NCBI GenBank assembly: GCA_041686025.1
Contig: JAWLEP010000052.1
Coordinates: 1 to 16,322, forward strand
DNA: 16,322 nucleotides
Origin: Candidatus Fermentibacteraceae bacterium
Lineage (GTDB): Bacteria > Fermentibacterota > Fermentibacteria > Fermentibacterales > JCC-6
Reading direction: 5' to 3'
Both the position numbers and the translations under genes were made by a program. Every line of letters starts with the position of its first letter. Within the stretch, counting starts at the first letter, position 1. Positions 16,246 to 16,322 of this stretch are shown piece by piece. Below the pieces are notes generated by a model. That model worked only from the letters and a program-made list of their open reading frames with translations. It had not been told where the DNA came from and did not search any database.

Positions 16246-16274
16246 ATTAACTCATAAGTTAATACCATTGTCAA
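16245..16274 (-). promoter_or_regulatory. Palindromic operator plus -35 box of the TAC operon
   Basis: TATTAACT-CATA-AGTTAATA (16245-16264), perfect 8-bp arms, abutting the toxin ATG. Consensus TTGACA on the minus strand at 16274-16269. Confidence 0.7.
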
Positions 16275-16322
16275 GCCCCCAAGTTCCAATCGGTCCGCGT
16301 ATGACGATAACAACATATGCCC

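Larger units (their letters stand above)
14830..16322. mobile_element. Left end of a low-GC genomic island or integrated element adjacent to tRNA-Asn
   Basis: GC falls from about 70% to 43-45% (spot counts of 60-nt lines) right after the tRNA CCA. Cargo is a toxin-antitoxin module. No intact integrase or att repeat is visible in the window. Confidence 0.7.

Noticed and set aside
1..16322. CRISPR array, IS element or intact integrase
   Set aside because: No regularly spaced direct repeats, terminal inverted repeats, or transposase/integrase catalytic motifs found by eye.

Overview
Bacterial chromosomal segment, roughly 70% GC in spot counts, ending in a low-GC island (about 43-45% in spot counts) that starts right after a tRNA-Asn. 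Left to right: the 5' part of an amidohydrolase (-); a DMT/EamA transporter (-); a divergent, tightly coupled four-gene cyclic-nucleotide signalling operon (GAF/HD-GYP phosphodiesterase, CHASE2-class III adenylate cyclase, exported SH3-type protein, exported M48 metallopeptidase); a glutaminyl cyclase and an MFS transporter; an MscS-family channel with a cNMP-binding domain; a NatAB-like ABC exporter with two permeases, one fused to a CPBP/CAAX protease; an RRM RNA-binding protein behind a structured leader; and tRNA-Asn(GTT). The island carries a complete toxin-antitoxin-chaperone (TAC)-type triad: RelE/HigB-like toxin, XRE-HTH antitoxin with a long C-terminal extension, and a SecB-like chaperone, with a palindromic operator. 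A possible recombinase C-terminal remnant reads antisense into the tRNA. All calls come from reading motifs by eye; no database searches were run.
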